Assembly (NCBI GenBank): GCA_002633005.1
Contig: NMRA01000574.1
Coordinates: forward strand, 93,030 to 157,029
Length of the DNA stretch: 64,000 nt
Direction: 5' to 3'
From: Phoronis australis
Taxonomy: Eukaryota > Animalia > Phoronida
Below, one piece after another: positions 1-30,005 of the stretch (its first letter is position 1; every line of letters begins with the position of its first letter). The translations under genes were made by a program, and so were the position numbers. The notes below the pieces were generated by a model, which worked only from the letters and a program-made list of their open reading frames with translations, made no database searches and had not been told where the DNA came from.

Positions 1-111
1 GGCAGAGTCTACGAGGTTGCAACAGGGTAGGGTATGCTATTGATGTGGTCAGGAGATAGAATTTCCCCTCCCCCAAAAAAATTGCCAAATCAAATGGCAC
101 AGGCACCTTAC

Positions 112-135
112 CTCTTGGATGAACAAGGACCTTGA
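112..135 (-). CDS. Possible 24-nt exon (SRSLFIQE) of the same leftward gene
   Basis: ttttattag|TCAAGGTCCTTGTTCATCCAAGAG|gtaagg, phase 0-0. Confidence 0.25.
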
Positions 136-3100
136 CTAATAAAATCTCAATTGGAATTTCAAATGCGTCGTAATTCTTCAATCATTTAACACACAATGTG
201 GCTCACAAGTGAAGTTCTATTTTCCCAATTTCTCCCAAAAATAAAGATTGAGACAATTTTAGTCCGTTCCGTAATACCACGGTTAGTACGGCGTAGATGA
301 TGTAAATTAACTTTTGGTAAATATTTTCAGGAAAGTGATCGTTTTTATCAGCCTTTGAAAAATGGAAAAACGACAATTAATTTTGTTTTTCCACTTATAA
401 ATGCTACACCACAAGAAATGATTTGCGAGATTCTGGACATACACAACAATGTTAGAGGCTTATGAAAAATGAGAAAAAAAAATCAATTTTGGCAATTACA
501 TGTCTATAAATGATGACATATTACCGTACTTTGCTAGGCTGAATCAGGTCACATTGACCAGCCAAGTGACGCCGCCTTGAAATAATCCCAAGACAGCCAT
601 GTACACTACAATGCCAGGTAAGACATGCCCCGCTCAGGTAATGAACGGGATACAATCAGTTACACAGCTGATCTGATGTATTCAATCAAGTTGTGGCAGG
701 TGCATCGCTATGGTAATCATTGTCAGGTACAAGATATCTAACCTGGATCAATTGAAAATGCGACTTACCACGAATTAATCAATTTCTACAAAGCTCACAG
801 TCACAATAACAAATGAATCGACATAAAGGCTTATGTTTTGAGATTCAAGTTGAATGCACTAAGTAACGACCATGCAAAAGAAATGAAGTAAAATATTTTA
901 TGCTCAGGAAATTTCCAAGTGCAAAACACCATAGCCGGCCTGGCAGGGTAAAAGCCAACAGCTCAGCTTTACAAAATAATGCCATCCCAAGAATTTCAAC
1001 AAATTCACTTTAGAATGTCCAAGTTCTATTGTTGTATACTGCTCAATGTTCACCTCCAGTTTTTGTCTTTCACGACTCAACGGCTCCTGATACAGAGATT
1101 ACAGGTAGTTGCCATTGTTCAATCGTGTTTTGTTCAATCACATCTCCCATTGTTTACCTGACAGGTAGCACCTGAGTGCAAACCAGTATAGCATGAAGGT
1201 GGTGAACCAGCAATCAATATAATGAGTTTCTATTATTAATTAGTGTTAAGATTTCTCCAGGCATGGCATGAATGGATGACTCATAGGTTAACTATACTAT
1301 GGACAATCAAATCATTTGCGAACAAACAAATTCCCCCAGAAGCTGATGTATTTTGGCAAATATCAATGTGCCTCGATGACACTTCGATATTGGTGAAAAA
1401 ACAAATTCAAGGTCAGGATCAAATAATGAAAACCTTATTCAACAGAAACTCTTAATGGGTCGCAAAGTGGAACTGGTGAACAAGTTGCAACAGATTCTTA
1501 ATATGCAATATAAACTTTTTTAATCATAAATAATCATAATCTTGATAAAGATAAAAATAACAATGTTAATATACACATCCGTCCATTGCAAGACCTTAAG
1601 TGAACCAAAATTACGTACCGGTAATTCATTTGATACATGTCTAAATATCAAAGAGAAAACATTCATATTAAGGTTATCTCCAACCTTATTTAGTGGCCTC
1701 TATTCTAACTCGTATATCAAAAAACTAAGCTTTGTCAACTAGTACAAATATATAGTTTCTGAAAGAAAAAAGATTAGGGAGTATGAAAATACCTTTTGTA
1801 TTAATGTACCATAATTATTTTTATGTAAAAACCTTATTTAAGTCAAAATTTTATTTTTAAGAAAGGTACATTCATAGCAAAATAACCCTTTGGTCGTATG
1901 CATGTACACGCACAACTCCTTTAGGATCAAAAATACGTTTTGTCTTTGGCTGCATACAATTATACTTTGATTTTGCAGCAAATTCACACAGAAAAACACT
2001 GCTGACTTGTCAAAATTTTTAATCACATTCAGGTACATTTTGAGCATTTTATACTAAAGCGAAGTTTCATATTTGTCCACTGAATGGAAATAAAAGCCCT
2101 CGGTCAGTCCAGTCGCACATAGTAAGTAACCATTAATTTAATAAGTTTCCCATTGCATTCTACCATTTGGAAACATTAATATGTATTTTCACAGTATGGA
2201 GACCATAACATCTCCATAGCAGAGGGTAGCAGACTGACCACACAGTGGGCAGTAAAGCCTTAATAACAATGGGATAAATACATAATTTACCTAATGGCAA
2301 TTCATGGACATTCACCAGTATTAAATGGATGGAATGACAATTGTTAAGTATTGGCAGAGAGTTAATGGAGCCCAATAGCCTAATCCTAGCAATAAACAAT
2401 ACCTGGAATTGCATGAAATCAAGTGTAACCAGGTGAAACTAGAAATAAAGTTGGGTACATTTGGAAAGGAATCCAAATGCGGTGCTTGGAGAGGGAACTG
2501 TTAGAAATACAAACTTGCACACTCAGCCTCGACAATTTTCCAATCTTTAAATTCCTTGGATTTATTAAAAAGAAATGTCCTATATGTTCACACAGGCTCA
2601 ACACCCCCGAAAAATCGGAGGGTGGCCAATAAACCAAGCATGGAAGAGGAGGGGAGCATTTATACAAACGACTGATTTGAGTAATGTCTGACCTGTAATA
2701 CTGATTTCAGCTATTGCATATTCAATATCCAGACTGTCATGTGACAATGAGCTGTTTTTTAGTCACCGAAAAGCTAATTGTAAGGCGCTTATGATTTGAA
2801 CTGCAGACTCGAACTCAATAATCCATACAATCTAATTGATATTTTCTTTAATGCGTTTCTATTGAAACTTGCAAAATTACAGATGTGGAAATAGATACAA
2901 TATATGAAAGACATATCCTACATCATGCATCAATATGTGTACCATGGGAAAACACAATGTTGTCAAAATGTACAAAAGTCATTTTGAACTGCCTGGCAAT
3001 GGAAGTTTTTGAACATGCTTCAAGTTACCAAATTTGCAGAGCATCGATCATAAAAGCAGTAATTTTACTACCTATATTCAGGACCCTCAATGCCTCATTT

Positions 3101-3959
3101 TTGGGTCGATTTTTGGCCCTATTCCCCCCAATCAAAAATATTAAAAATCATGTGAAAATCCCATCATTAAGCCCAAAACTCTCCTCCAATGATTAAAAAA
3201 ACTGGAGGTTAGAATCACGTGGACTGCAAGTTTTGGCTCCTTGAGACATTGCTGTTGACTATCCTAGCGGGAATGCAAATGGAAGATGTAGCAAACTTTG
3301 GGATGAGAGTCTCCAGAACACATATAATACCCGGTGGCCAAAGTATTTTGTTGGTGTGGATCTATAAGGTTTTAGGGCAAGCCACTAACCATTATGTGGA
3401 GCAGATCCCCAGGGGACATGTAAGTGTCAGAGGGAAGTATGTTTTGTATCTCCCGCCAATGGATACATTTCATACACTACCAGATAACGAGCTAGAACAA
3501 AATTTTGGATTTCATCACCAGTGATACCTGATGTAGGCAAGACCAGTTCTACTGGGAAAACAGGTCATGTATAACTGCTTAAATCAGCTGTTATGATTAC
3601 GCAACAAGGGTAGCAGAACAGCAAATTTAACACAAATGTGAGGATGTGATTTGAGGCTTGGCCATGGCTGGTGACCAGATGTGGAGAGATTCAATGGGAA
3701 ATTGGGAGATGCTAGATCGCAGTTGGCTCAAGTGATAAGGAAATTGGAGGAAATAACATGTTTGATAACCAGAAACTGGAGCCAAGAATCAGTGCATTAC
3801 GAATGAACAACAACCACAAAATTCATGAATGACAACACTAGAAAGACACGGCTGTAATTGACCTCAGCACAGGTTAAATAGCACATTTTCTCTAAATCTT
3901 TAGCACCGTTCATCGCTTGACCCAATCTCTAATCCCAGTGTGCAAGACGGGTTGAGTTA

Positions 3960-4271
3960 CAGGGCCCTCGCTTATCGTTTATCGGTGGGTAAAGGGCCGC
4001 GTACCTTCTGAGATGGAAATTTTTTAGGGTGATGCCCAATCACCATCAACAGCACCTTCCACTCCGTTACATAAGCCTTCATAGGCTCTGCCTCAAGTAG
4101 CCAAAACTAACATTTTGTGCTCTTTCAAATTGTCACCTGTGTGGGTTACAAGTGATTCGAACCTCAAAAGGAATTTTCAATCACCCGAGGGGAATTTTCG
4201 GGCCTCGTGAGGAGTTTTGTACAATTTTTCAATATTTTTCAGAGGCCCCATAATCGAGATTGAGGGCCCTG
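3960..4271. mobile_element. MITE-like element; related copy at 38646-38969
   Basis: CAGGGCCCTC...GAGGGCCCTG ends; shared internal ATAGGCTCTG.CTCAAGTAGC and CTCTTTCAAATTGTCACCTGTGTGG. Confidence 0.7.
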
Positions 4272-6379
4272 AGTTGACAGGGATGAAAATGTAATAAGAC
4301 CTAGTTAATTTGTGCCATTTTGCTACGTTGCATGAACACCGGTGGAAATTTGACGGCATGGTGGTTATAGAGAATTTACAAAAAATAAAAAATATCCCAC
4401 TGTATTAAATCAATATAAGAATGCAGAACACTGTCTACCAACTACCCTATCCTCATCTGCTGTCATCTGCTGTCAGAAATCTCGCAGCATAATGCAAGGT
4501 TGAAATTGTTTGTGACAGAGCAGCTAGACTCTACGTTTTCATTGCAGCCTTGGCAAGAGACACATCTTGCAAAACCATCTATGTGCCAGTACTCCCAAGT
4601 GCACCTCATTTTACTTGATGGGGTGAACATTCAGTTCCAGAAGAGAATGTACCATGGCCAAAATGTGCTTGCCCTGCACTTACTATAACTGGTGTCCAGT
4701 TAACCCACCTTCCAAAATTTTTGGGGTCCTGTTTTTTAAGGTCTGTGAACGAGAATACACTATGACATTATTACACTAGTGGTACCTAGTGGTATTTTCA
4801 CCAATCGTAATCATGTGAAGATCCAAGAAAAGAAACTGATATTTTTATTCCACGTCCATAAGCTAGATAACCGTCCTCTTTACCTCAATAAATTGATGGA
4901 AACAACAACACAGTCCCAGATGAAACCCTATCATAATCTCTTCCAATTAGAACTTTTACTAAAATCATTGGTTTTTGCCTAAAACAGGCATTACCAAACA
5001 TGATACCCGCTTACACAATAAAGATGACCAAATAATAATTATTAGGTTCCCTCCAGTTTGGTGGATTATGTGCTTAGCATCCATGGTCCACGCTAATTAT
5101 CTCTGGCAGAAAATCTAATTAATGGCATGATTCATTCCTGCATGAGTCACAAATCCTATAACTGGAAGAAAGTGTAGAAAACCAAACAACTTGACTATAT
5201 TCATAATCTACAGCGGATCAATATAAAGAAGTGACGACCAGAAACACTAAATTCTATACCAGTAGCGGCTATGGCTTTATATTCTATACCAGTAGCGGCT
5301 ATGGATTAATATTTTTTACAAGTATCAATAAAAACTCCTAACTCGGATTCAGTGTCACTTTCCATGAAACAGCAAAGGGGGGCTACATCATCACAATTTT
5401 AAGAAGCACAAAGTATTGTGAAAAGATAAATCAAAATTTTAACCAACTGGACAAAAATAACTTCAATAAAGTCTGCTTTCTCTAGAAAGAATTATATGCT
5501 TTCCCAAAACTCAAGACTTAGGAATGCCCACTTACATGACTCCAGAACAAATGTTAAAACCAGTTGTTTATTGACAGAGCTAGATGTTAGAGTACTTTTG
5601 ATCACAATTGCATTAAAACATCTTAACAGCTCCCAATTAACATGCCAAGGCATCCCCAACTATAAATGATGGACAAAGATAATGCAATCAGAACTACTTA
5701 ATAGTGAATTATTGTCAAGATAAAAGACAGAAACTATGCGAACCATCTTCAACTGACCAATATTGAAGAGTTACTAGATAATGCATAAGATAATTACATC
5801 AGTTTTTGGCCAAAACAGGATAAAGAAACGGACAATTGCCGCACAAATGAATGGATGTAACATGACTCGTATGTCGACACTTAATGTGTTATTGTTTATA
5901 TTCTGATGATGTCTACTGAATAGACGAAACATCGAATTAATATGAATATTGTATAAGTTCTACTTGAAAATGAATTGTGTCTATAACAAGTGATCTTCTT
6001 TCCTAAATGGTTTGATAAGTTAATTCATTTACCTTTTTCAAAACAAAAGTATGAAAACGTTAGTTTTCTATAAAGTTGACAAACTACAGGGGATGTGTTA
6101 CTGAACTGGAATATTACTTTCAAGTCAAGTGCTATGTTTTTTTATTTGCCAGCAACAGGAATTAATTACATTGAAATCTAGTTATCATTTGAGATCTTGC
6201 TTTGGAAGTTGACAGCATGTCATTTCACTCACTGGGTAAACGGTAGAGTGTCAAGCACCAACAAATTGTCAATTCTGTGCAAAGCGGGCAACAAATCACC
6301 TCTCATCTTCGTAATGAGCAAGTTGTGACTAACATTAAGCAGAAAATGGTCTAAATCAAAAATTAGTTTGCAGCCACTT

Positions 6380-6620
6380 CCAGTGGCAGATCTACGTTTT
6401 CAGTAAGGGGAGTTTAGGATTCGAGCGAATCGGAGGCGCGTAGCACCGAGGTGAAGGAAGGTTGGGAGAGGGTTTCCCTCCTCCCGTGTAAGATTTTTTG
6501 CACATGGTTTCTAGTACTTAATTTAGTTTTTCTGGGAATTTTTTTCAATTTTTATTTTTGATCCTGTCCCAAGGGGGGGGGGTTTGAACCCCCTGAACAA
6601 CCCCTGTAGATCCGCCTCTG
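6380..6620. mobile_element. MITE-like element; similar termini at 9513-9693
   Basis: CAGTGGCAGATCTAC...GTAGATCCGCCTCTG. Confidence 0.6.
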
Positions 6621-7170
6621 ACATCAAGTAAGTACTTGACCAGTGTTGACGCAATTTTGCACAACACTGCAACTGGGCAAATGTTTTAGATGCAAGCTTA
6701 GGGGTGCGAGTGGTGAGACTGAGATTGTTGTAGCCTACAAAAACTATCAGTAATAATGAGATAAGTGGTCCCTGATTAAAAGTGACTTTAGAAGCAGCGA
6801 GGCCTACTCTCACTGAATAACAAGTATTATTTAGTGACTGAATAACAAGCATTATTTAGTGGGAGTAAGTTGTTCTAGTAAATGACCTTAAAATCAGGGA
6901 TCCTGACCTATCCAACTATTACCCGCATATCCAGATATCATATGCTTCAGTTCAGAAGATACTATGGATTATTCTGGCCCCATTGGCCTTTTGTTCGTTG
7001 TGAAACACGTAGTATAAACATCATAACATAACAGAAACAAACTTACAAAGTCAGAAAATTTTGAGCCAGTTAGCTGAGTTAGCATTGCTATCTAAAACAG
7101 GTCCCTCTCACTTCAACAAACCAAAACATAATTAAGTCAGACATGAAGATGTAAGATCAAAAGAACTTAC

Positions 7171-7188
7171 CGATTGTGGCTTTGACAT
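7171..7188 (-). CDS. Possible first coding exon of a leftward gene (MSKPQS)
   Basis: ATGTCAAAGCCACAATCG|gtaagt, strong donor; TGCGCA-containing promoter-like region at ~7490-7620. Confidence 0.3.
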
Positions 7189-9512
7189 TATCTTGTGGAT
7201 ATACCAGACTGTTTTGGTGGGCTACTATCCAAGCGCTGGATGATCACTGGTAAGTATTGTTGGCAGAAAATCAAATCGTCAGCTGTTCAGACCAGTACAG
7301 ATGACACAACACAGAGCAGAACACGCCAAGTCCTACGTTACCCACACTAAAACTTAGTGGACAATTTGAACCATCGTTCAAGTTTCAATATAAGACACAT
7401 ATTTGATTATTATGTGTCCAAAATACTCTAGCGTTAAGGTTTCGATTGCTTTTGGAACTTTTGTAATCTGTCGTGATTTGCCAACGTTGGCCAAGCACGA
7501 AGACATGCGCAGTAATGTTGTCTTGTTTTGATGTGCTATATCTACCCTACGTGGCGCTGCTTACTAGAACATGCACATCTCGCTGGTTCCTGCTTGCCGA
7601 TAGGAACCAGCGAGCATCCAACTTGTCACTCAGACCATGTCATAGCCCAGAGACGACCTCTGTCATAGTGGTTATCATTCCAATTAATCATTGTAAGATT
7701 TACTAGTTACTATGACAAATGAGCATAATTTTCTATGGTTTGTAGGGTCTCGCAATAAACCCACCGAAATTCACCTGGCCGGGTTTCAAGTTAGGCTACT
7801 TTTGGGGTAGATATAACGGTAGAATATGCTCCCCGGACATGTTTACAAAGTATGACAAGTTTCCGACTTATTCTGACTTTGTTGTTACCGTGTGCAGCAG
7901 GGTGTTAATGAACTAGATGAGAAAAGTCTTGTTTGGCGACATGCATGCCTGCATCTGTTCGTGAAACTATATATTTTCCACAACCACAGTTGGGGTATAA
8001 CAGATATTTTTATTTTGGGGCAGGATGTCGAACCTGGGAGTAATAGTCCTAGGTAGAACGTAATTTGCACATTTTTCAAGATTTGTCCTAAAATCATTTG
8101 AAGTTAAAACGAGGAAGTGTAAACGACGAGTTTGATTTTAACTGAAGACAAACTAACAGTGCTCACCACACCTACGGTTGTTGCAGGTATCATAACGGAA
8201 TTTCATACAGATTCAATTACGGACATTCAAAAGTCAAACTATTTGGTAGGTTGTGAGGCCGATAACCACCGAGTTTTAGGACTTCGATTCGATTCCTTTT
8301 AAGAGGAATTCGATTACCGATATTTTCGATTTCTTTTTTGTGAGTTCTCATCACTTGTACTAATTTTAGATACAAATTTGTTAAATGACAAGATTCCCAC
8401 TAATGAACGATCCTTAACTGAGATAAATAATAAATCGTAACTTTGTAAGATCGAATCAAAATGCCCTGGCGTAGCTAGTCGATATCGATATCGGCCCGGT
8501 TCCCATAGCGCAATTCGATTAGACTTACATTTCATATAGTAATTGCACCCTTAGTATTTAATGGTTGCGTTCACTAGAAGTTGTTTCACACAAGTTGGCT
8601 CAAAGTATTTTCGGCATCAAGTCATAGATTGCAATTTCACAAGAGGTCAACTAACATTTTGAAAGACTACGTTTCTGCTTCTCAAAGACAGAGCGACAAT
8701 TAAATCCCAATGAACGCCGCATCTTAACTTTACAAAACCATAGATTGGTGAAACCTGTAACAAAAATTCATCCAATAAACACTCCCTTTTAAGTGGTACG
8801 ATTTTGTGCGAGATCTTTCTCTAGTAGTTGATTCAAAATTTTTGAGGCTATGACTGTATAAGTTCACGACCATATATACTTTCTCAGAGACAATCCTGTT
8901 TTCTAAACATTCATTACGTACTTTTACTGACTGCTGAGACAGGTTGATCTGAAGCCGAATATTGGTGTGTAAAACTCGTGAGCATAATCAACATGGGATT
9001 AAAAGTCTTCCCTGGGCAATGTGTTTGAACTGTGGCCCATTTTCTTGTGTGAAAGTGTTACACTTACTAAACTTTACGCACGCCTCGAGAAAAAAATTCA
9101 TTATGAGGGAAAATGACTACAAAATCTGATAATGACTTTGAATTATAACGGTAAGACAAATTTATCACAAACTGAAACTCTCAAAGTCACCACATTGCTA
9201 AATTATTAAATTTGGAATGACTCTTACTTAAACAGATCTCTCTGCTACACTTTTTCTTTCTTTGTCTAACTTTTATTTCTTAAACTAACTAAATGGGCAT
9301 TTTTGGCAGGGGAGGGGTTGTTACACGGCACTCCCGGCAACTCCCCATACAGAAGTTACACGTCTGACCGCAAACTACACGAACGAATGTTTAGTACATT
9401 AAATAAACCTGACAAGGAAAAGACTCTCTTGCAACCGAAATGTAAATAAGTTTCTGATTTAAACTTTGAGAGACCCTTTTGTCTTTATACCACAAAATGT
9501 CCACAAACTATT

Positions 9513-9693
9513 CAGTGGCGGATCTAGAAGGGGGGGGGGGCACGGNCCCAAAAATTTCCCAGATTCCATTTGAATGTTCGGGGGTGCGAATATCTGAAGG
9601 GTAAAATCCTGTCTTATACTCTGCCCTGCCCCCCGCAACTCTGGCTAATACTTTGCCTTGCTCCCCCAACTCAAAATCCTAGATTCGCCCCTG
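9513..9693. mobile_element. MITE-like element (contains an N)
   Basis: CAGTGGCGGATCTAG...CTAGATTCGCCCCTG. Confidence 0.6.
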
Positions 9694-10405
9694 TTATTCC
9701 CTATGCTGATTTGACCTCGTATTCTAGTCGATGTCAGGACAAACGGGTTATCTCTCTATATAGGAACCTGTTGGTAAGGCGTTTTGAAAATTGAGTTGAA
9801 TTTTGAGTGGCGGCATTAATTTTCGTATTCATCAATTCATTTTTAGGAACATCTGACTGAGGGAACGTTTGTTATCACCATAGACATATTCTACCACATT
9901 GGTGTTAGGCTAATGGCCGAGATTCCTGTTGTGTGTCTGGTGAGGTAGAAGTTTTAAAGTCGAATAGCCACCAGAATGAACAAAAATGCCATATGAAATT
10001 GTTGATGTCTATAACGAAGTCCTTGAACGAAAATCATAGACCCTCGTGAGCACGGATGATTTTGAAACAGTACCCGCGGGGGAAGCACTGATTTTTTCTG
10101 TCATCTTTTATCACAAGATGTCATCATAATCAGCACATTGTATGTAACCATCGAAGTACGACTGTTGATGCAATACATGTCGCCTCAACTGCAATCAACG
10201 ACGGGGAGTATATCAGATAAACCTGTGGATATAAAACAACCACCCGCACTGAAATTTTAGTGCTTCGGTAAATCTGATCCAGTACTGGTTCGTAGGTTAA
10301 ACATAGCAGCGGTTCTAGCGCTCTGTGAGAATAGGACGTTTGAAGTTGTCTCCCATTCACATTACATCAACAACCTCGATCTCATAACCGGTAGTTCACG
10401 TGGAA

Positions 10406-26358
<15,953 letters not shown>

Positions 26359-26620
26359 ATGGTGTCCATCTTGTGAATTGAACAATTCAAAGATTATTTA
26401 TTTTATCAACTGTGATCAATTTGATTCCTGTTCTAAGTCAGTACATAATGATGTCCAAAGTGGTTCACTATTGCCATGTTCATGCAAAATCAGTCTCGCT
26501 GCAAAATTTATTCCAGATGGTTCACTGAAATTTTGCGGAGATGTGTCACTGTAATTCTGTAGCCTCAGCATGTTTGCTTTGTTTTGATGTAATAGTTGCA
26601 TTTAAATCAAATTGCTGACC

Positions 26621-26626
26621 AATAAA
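26621..26626 (+). terminator. Candidate KARS1 polyadenylation signal
   Basis: AATAAA ~260 nt after the stop codon. Confidence 0.55.
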
Positions 26627-29600
26627 TACTGACCTGTCGTTGATTTGATTAAGCCAGTTTCAGACCGATCTAGCTACCATTAGTGACCTCTATCTTTGAT
26701 GTATTTTCATGAAATTTTGGCAAATAGGTTTTTATTAAGGAGGCTTCTCATTTTCAGGTGGATTTGAAAATGGACAGTTGATACATTTGATGAAAAGACT
26801 TCACATTTTAGGCAAACTATCACTTTAACTTTAAAGCAACAAATGCTGTGTTATAATACTTTATCTTCTTTAGATTAGAAATGCACTTTTATCATAAAAC
26901 AAAAAGACTTGAGTTTGTGTGGTAAATGGTCTAATTCAAAACTTGGTCATCTATTCAATCCAAGACAAATGTATCATCTCCAGATAAGTACTGACCACAA
27001 ATACTTTATGCAGGTAAAAATGGACACTGTTTCCCTACAATGAAACGATTCTAAAAAGTCAACAAACAATATGGGTCAATTAAATGCATTTTCAACTAAA
27101 CCATGCAATAAAATCGACATAAGTCGGGTGTACTAAATTAAACATTAAGTACAAGTGTCGTTAACAAGGATCAACTAATATATCATATGTAAATTTTTGG
27201 TGGAATTTCACCCCCCCCCACAGTAAACACTGCAAATTTTTGTCCAACTGGATTTTCAAGGGATATGATAAGTCCTCACAGCAAATTTGAAATGACATTC
27301 TTAATATTGAAATGACTGACGAGAATTTCATGAGGGACACCTATCTTAATATAGATGACGATGTTCTATTTTCGCATTTTGGCGGGGCCACCTATTTAAT
27401 GTATGCGACCGGAGAAAGGAGTCGGCTCAAATAACGGGGCCCCACTCCAAGGCCTGAAATTAAATTTTGTGCCTACGTCATTTTAATACAAATAAAGTCA
27501 TTTAAAACAATAAGCTGTTTGAAGGAATTGGAAACTTATTCATGGCAAATCTGATGCACATCCACTAACAACTTTATATAATACACCAACTGTGTATTAT
27601 ATAATCGTCGCCTAGACAGTGTAGTGTTCCATGAATAACGAGTACAGCCACATCACATGCTTTGAAAACAAAGTTCAATGCAGTGCTGAGACAATCGTCC
27701 AAAAATCCACCAACAATAACCAGCACAAACTCAAAACTTCCGTTTAAAGTCACATGCAGCACACGGAAGTGGCAAATTATAAACTCGAAGGAATCCAGTT
27801 GGACATGGCACATCTTGCCACCGATGCAATCTATGATGAACTCCGTTGGGTTCAAGGTGTAATCACGTGTATTCAGGATCATTAACTTGCCACTATAGGC
27901 TACGGAACAACAACCTTTAAAGCGTTAGATTGCAATTATTATGCTTTTACTCGTACCAATAAAACCATGTAATGCCTTTGAACACTGTCAATCACATTAG
28001 TTTTTTGTAACTCCAAAAGACAAGGTGAAAACCAGAAGGCAGGATAGCTGTGGCGCCGACCCTATAACAAAATGGCACTGCTATAAACATCGGAGGTTAG
28101 GGAGACGATTTCAGTTTTGTGTACAAAAGTCATTCTAACTGCAGGAAGTTAAAAGAATCGTTAAGTGTACAGAAGCTCCTCACAACTCTGGGTTGCTAGG
28201 TGTTGGCAAGTTTGGTTAAAGCGTGCGACTCTCAGGAATATAACCAAATCTATCTACGAACAGAGCACTCCATTTCAGTAGCTTTCCTTCACGATGCACC
28301 ACTGAACGTACAGTTGGTTTCAAAATTTGAAAAAAATCTGAAAACTAAGTTAATATCATTCTTCAGTTAACAAATAGCACATTAATTTATTCTCAAACCT
28401 TACCCTGACATATCTTCAGTAAACTTTCAGACCGCTACACAGTAGTTGATGAAGAATCATAGTACTCTTCACCACCTGATGAGGGGAACGATGATCTCGT
28501 TCATTTTTCTAACGGTGACTGAGACGTAATACCATACCACAGGTTCCACAATATCCCATAATACTCAATAAACAACAGTGCAAGTGTGAACATAATGGAA
28601 GGTAGTGACAAATCGATCTAAACGCTCTACCATATTAACAGCCAGCGCGCATCTATTGGTGTTCCTGTGATAGTTGTGAAACTCCCAACAAGACTTTTCT
28701 ATCAAAAACTGCAGTCTGCAGTTTTCAGAAATGAAGAACATTGAACACAAAACTGCACGTTATCATTTCTCAATTAGCATGAATATTTTAAATCACATGT
28801 CACGTTTTCACTAAGGGCTGTAAAAAATGTAAGGGAGGGGAAAGGCATTTTCATTTTTTACCCACTGCCCATATTTTTCTAAGGGTATTGAGGTCGGTGT
28901 TTGGCTGAAAATACCTACTTGTCGACATTTACGGGACAAAAAACACCAACCACCCATATTTTCTTCTTTCAAGAAGGACCACCCATAATTCAAATTTCCT
29001 TAAGAAGACAACCACCCATAAGTTTTTATTTCAACTGCCGTCCCCCTCCCATACAGATTTAGCTGGAACTGCCCTAAGTAAGTTCGAATGAAAGCAAATC
29101 AGACAGGAGCCTGAAGTTGACAAGACATCGCTAGTGACACAATAGTCCTACACGAAAAAAGTACGGAGTTAGTCACCTGCAACCTTCATTCTGCAACTGA
29201 CTCCATGGTGACGAACACCTTTCAGTACTTTACGTATAATCAGATAAAATAAAGAAGACTCTTTTCCATCAGACATTAGACCCTTGGCCCAGGAGCCTGT
29301 CTCACGAAAATGACTCGTGACAAAGACAGAAATTTACTCTTACGCTCCCGTTGCACTTTTACCTTATCAATGCTTAATCATTTAATTACTAGAACATCAT
29401 TGGTCGAAAATAAATTGTACATATTTTTTCAGCAAGTAGCAGTCATGTGTATATTTTCAGACACTTTGTTCTTTTGCTAAACTGAAATAGCTATGTGGAG
29501 CATAAGACCAAATCTCCGTCTTAAGTCTTCAGTCGCTTTTCATGAAACTCCAGGTGAACACCGAGTCCCCTAGGGCACAGTAACGCTCACGATGATGCTC

Positions 29601-29917
29601 TTTACTTCCAATAGACTTCAAACTTTCCTTGCTGTTGACGCCATAGACAATATAAGTATCAAGTCCTCAAATTCCGAGGAACACATGGTTGTCTTACAAA
29701 CACAATCGACGAACAGTGGTGGAAGACTGAGGAGGTAACATCATCATCTATGCCTGCCTAAAAGGCAACTCTAGAACTTGGCGCATGGTGCTTGAACACG
29801 TGTATCAGCCACACAAAAGTCTATCAAACCTATCGAAGTGATGCATGCACACTTGCGACCGCACGTTACGTGTAGCAAGGGGTCGACTGGACAGCCGACT
29901 GTCATGGTACCCAGCAG

Positions 29918-30005
29918 TTAATCGTCACCGTCTTCCTCATCTACATCTTGTTTCACGATGACAGAATTGTAGTGCTCTCCAAGACTGTAGATGTGGTGAT
30001 GATAC
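29918..30005 (-). CDS. OTUD6B: OTUD6B last coding exon
   Basis: YHHHIYSLGEHYNSVIVKQDVDEEDGDD*. Confidence 0.94.

Noticed and set aside
1054-1086. Possible 33-nt minus exon (EPLSRERQKLE)
   Set aside because: Weak donor (GTGAAC) and no homology support.
27574-27915. 102-aa minus ORF and overlapping plus ORFs between KARS1 and OTUD6B, including an in-frame TGA considered as selenocysteine
   Set aside because: No recognisable domain or consistent exon chain. The TGA frame also has a TAG nearby and no SECIS was seen. Probably UTR or intergenic.
28446-28523. C/D-box snoRNA-like arrangement (TGATGA..CTGA..CGATGA..CTGA)
   Set aside because: No terminal stem, no convincing rRNA guide, and not inside a + strand intron.
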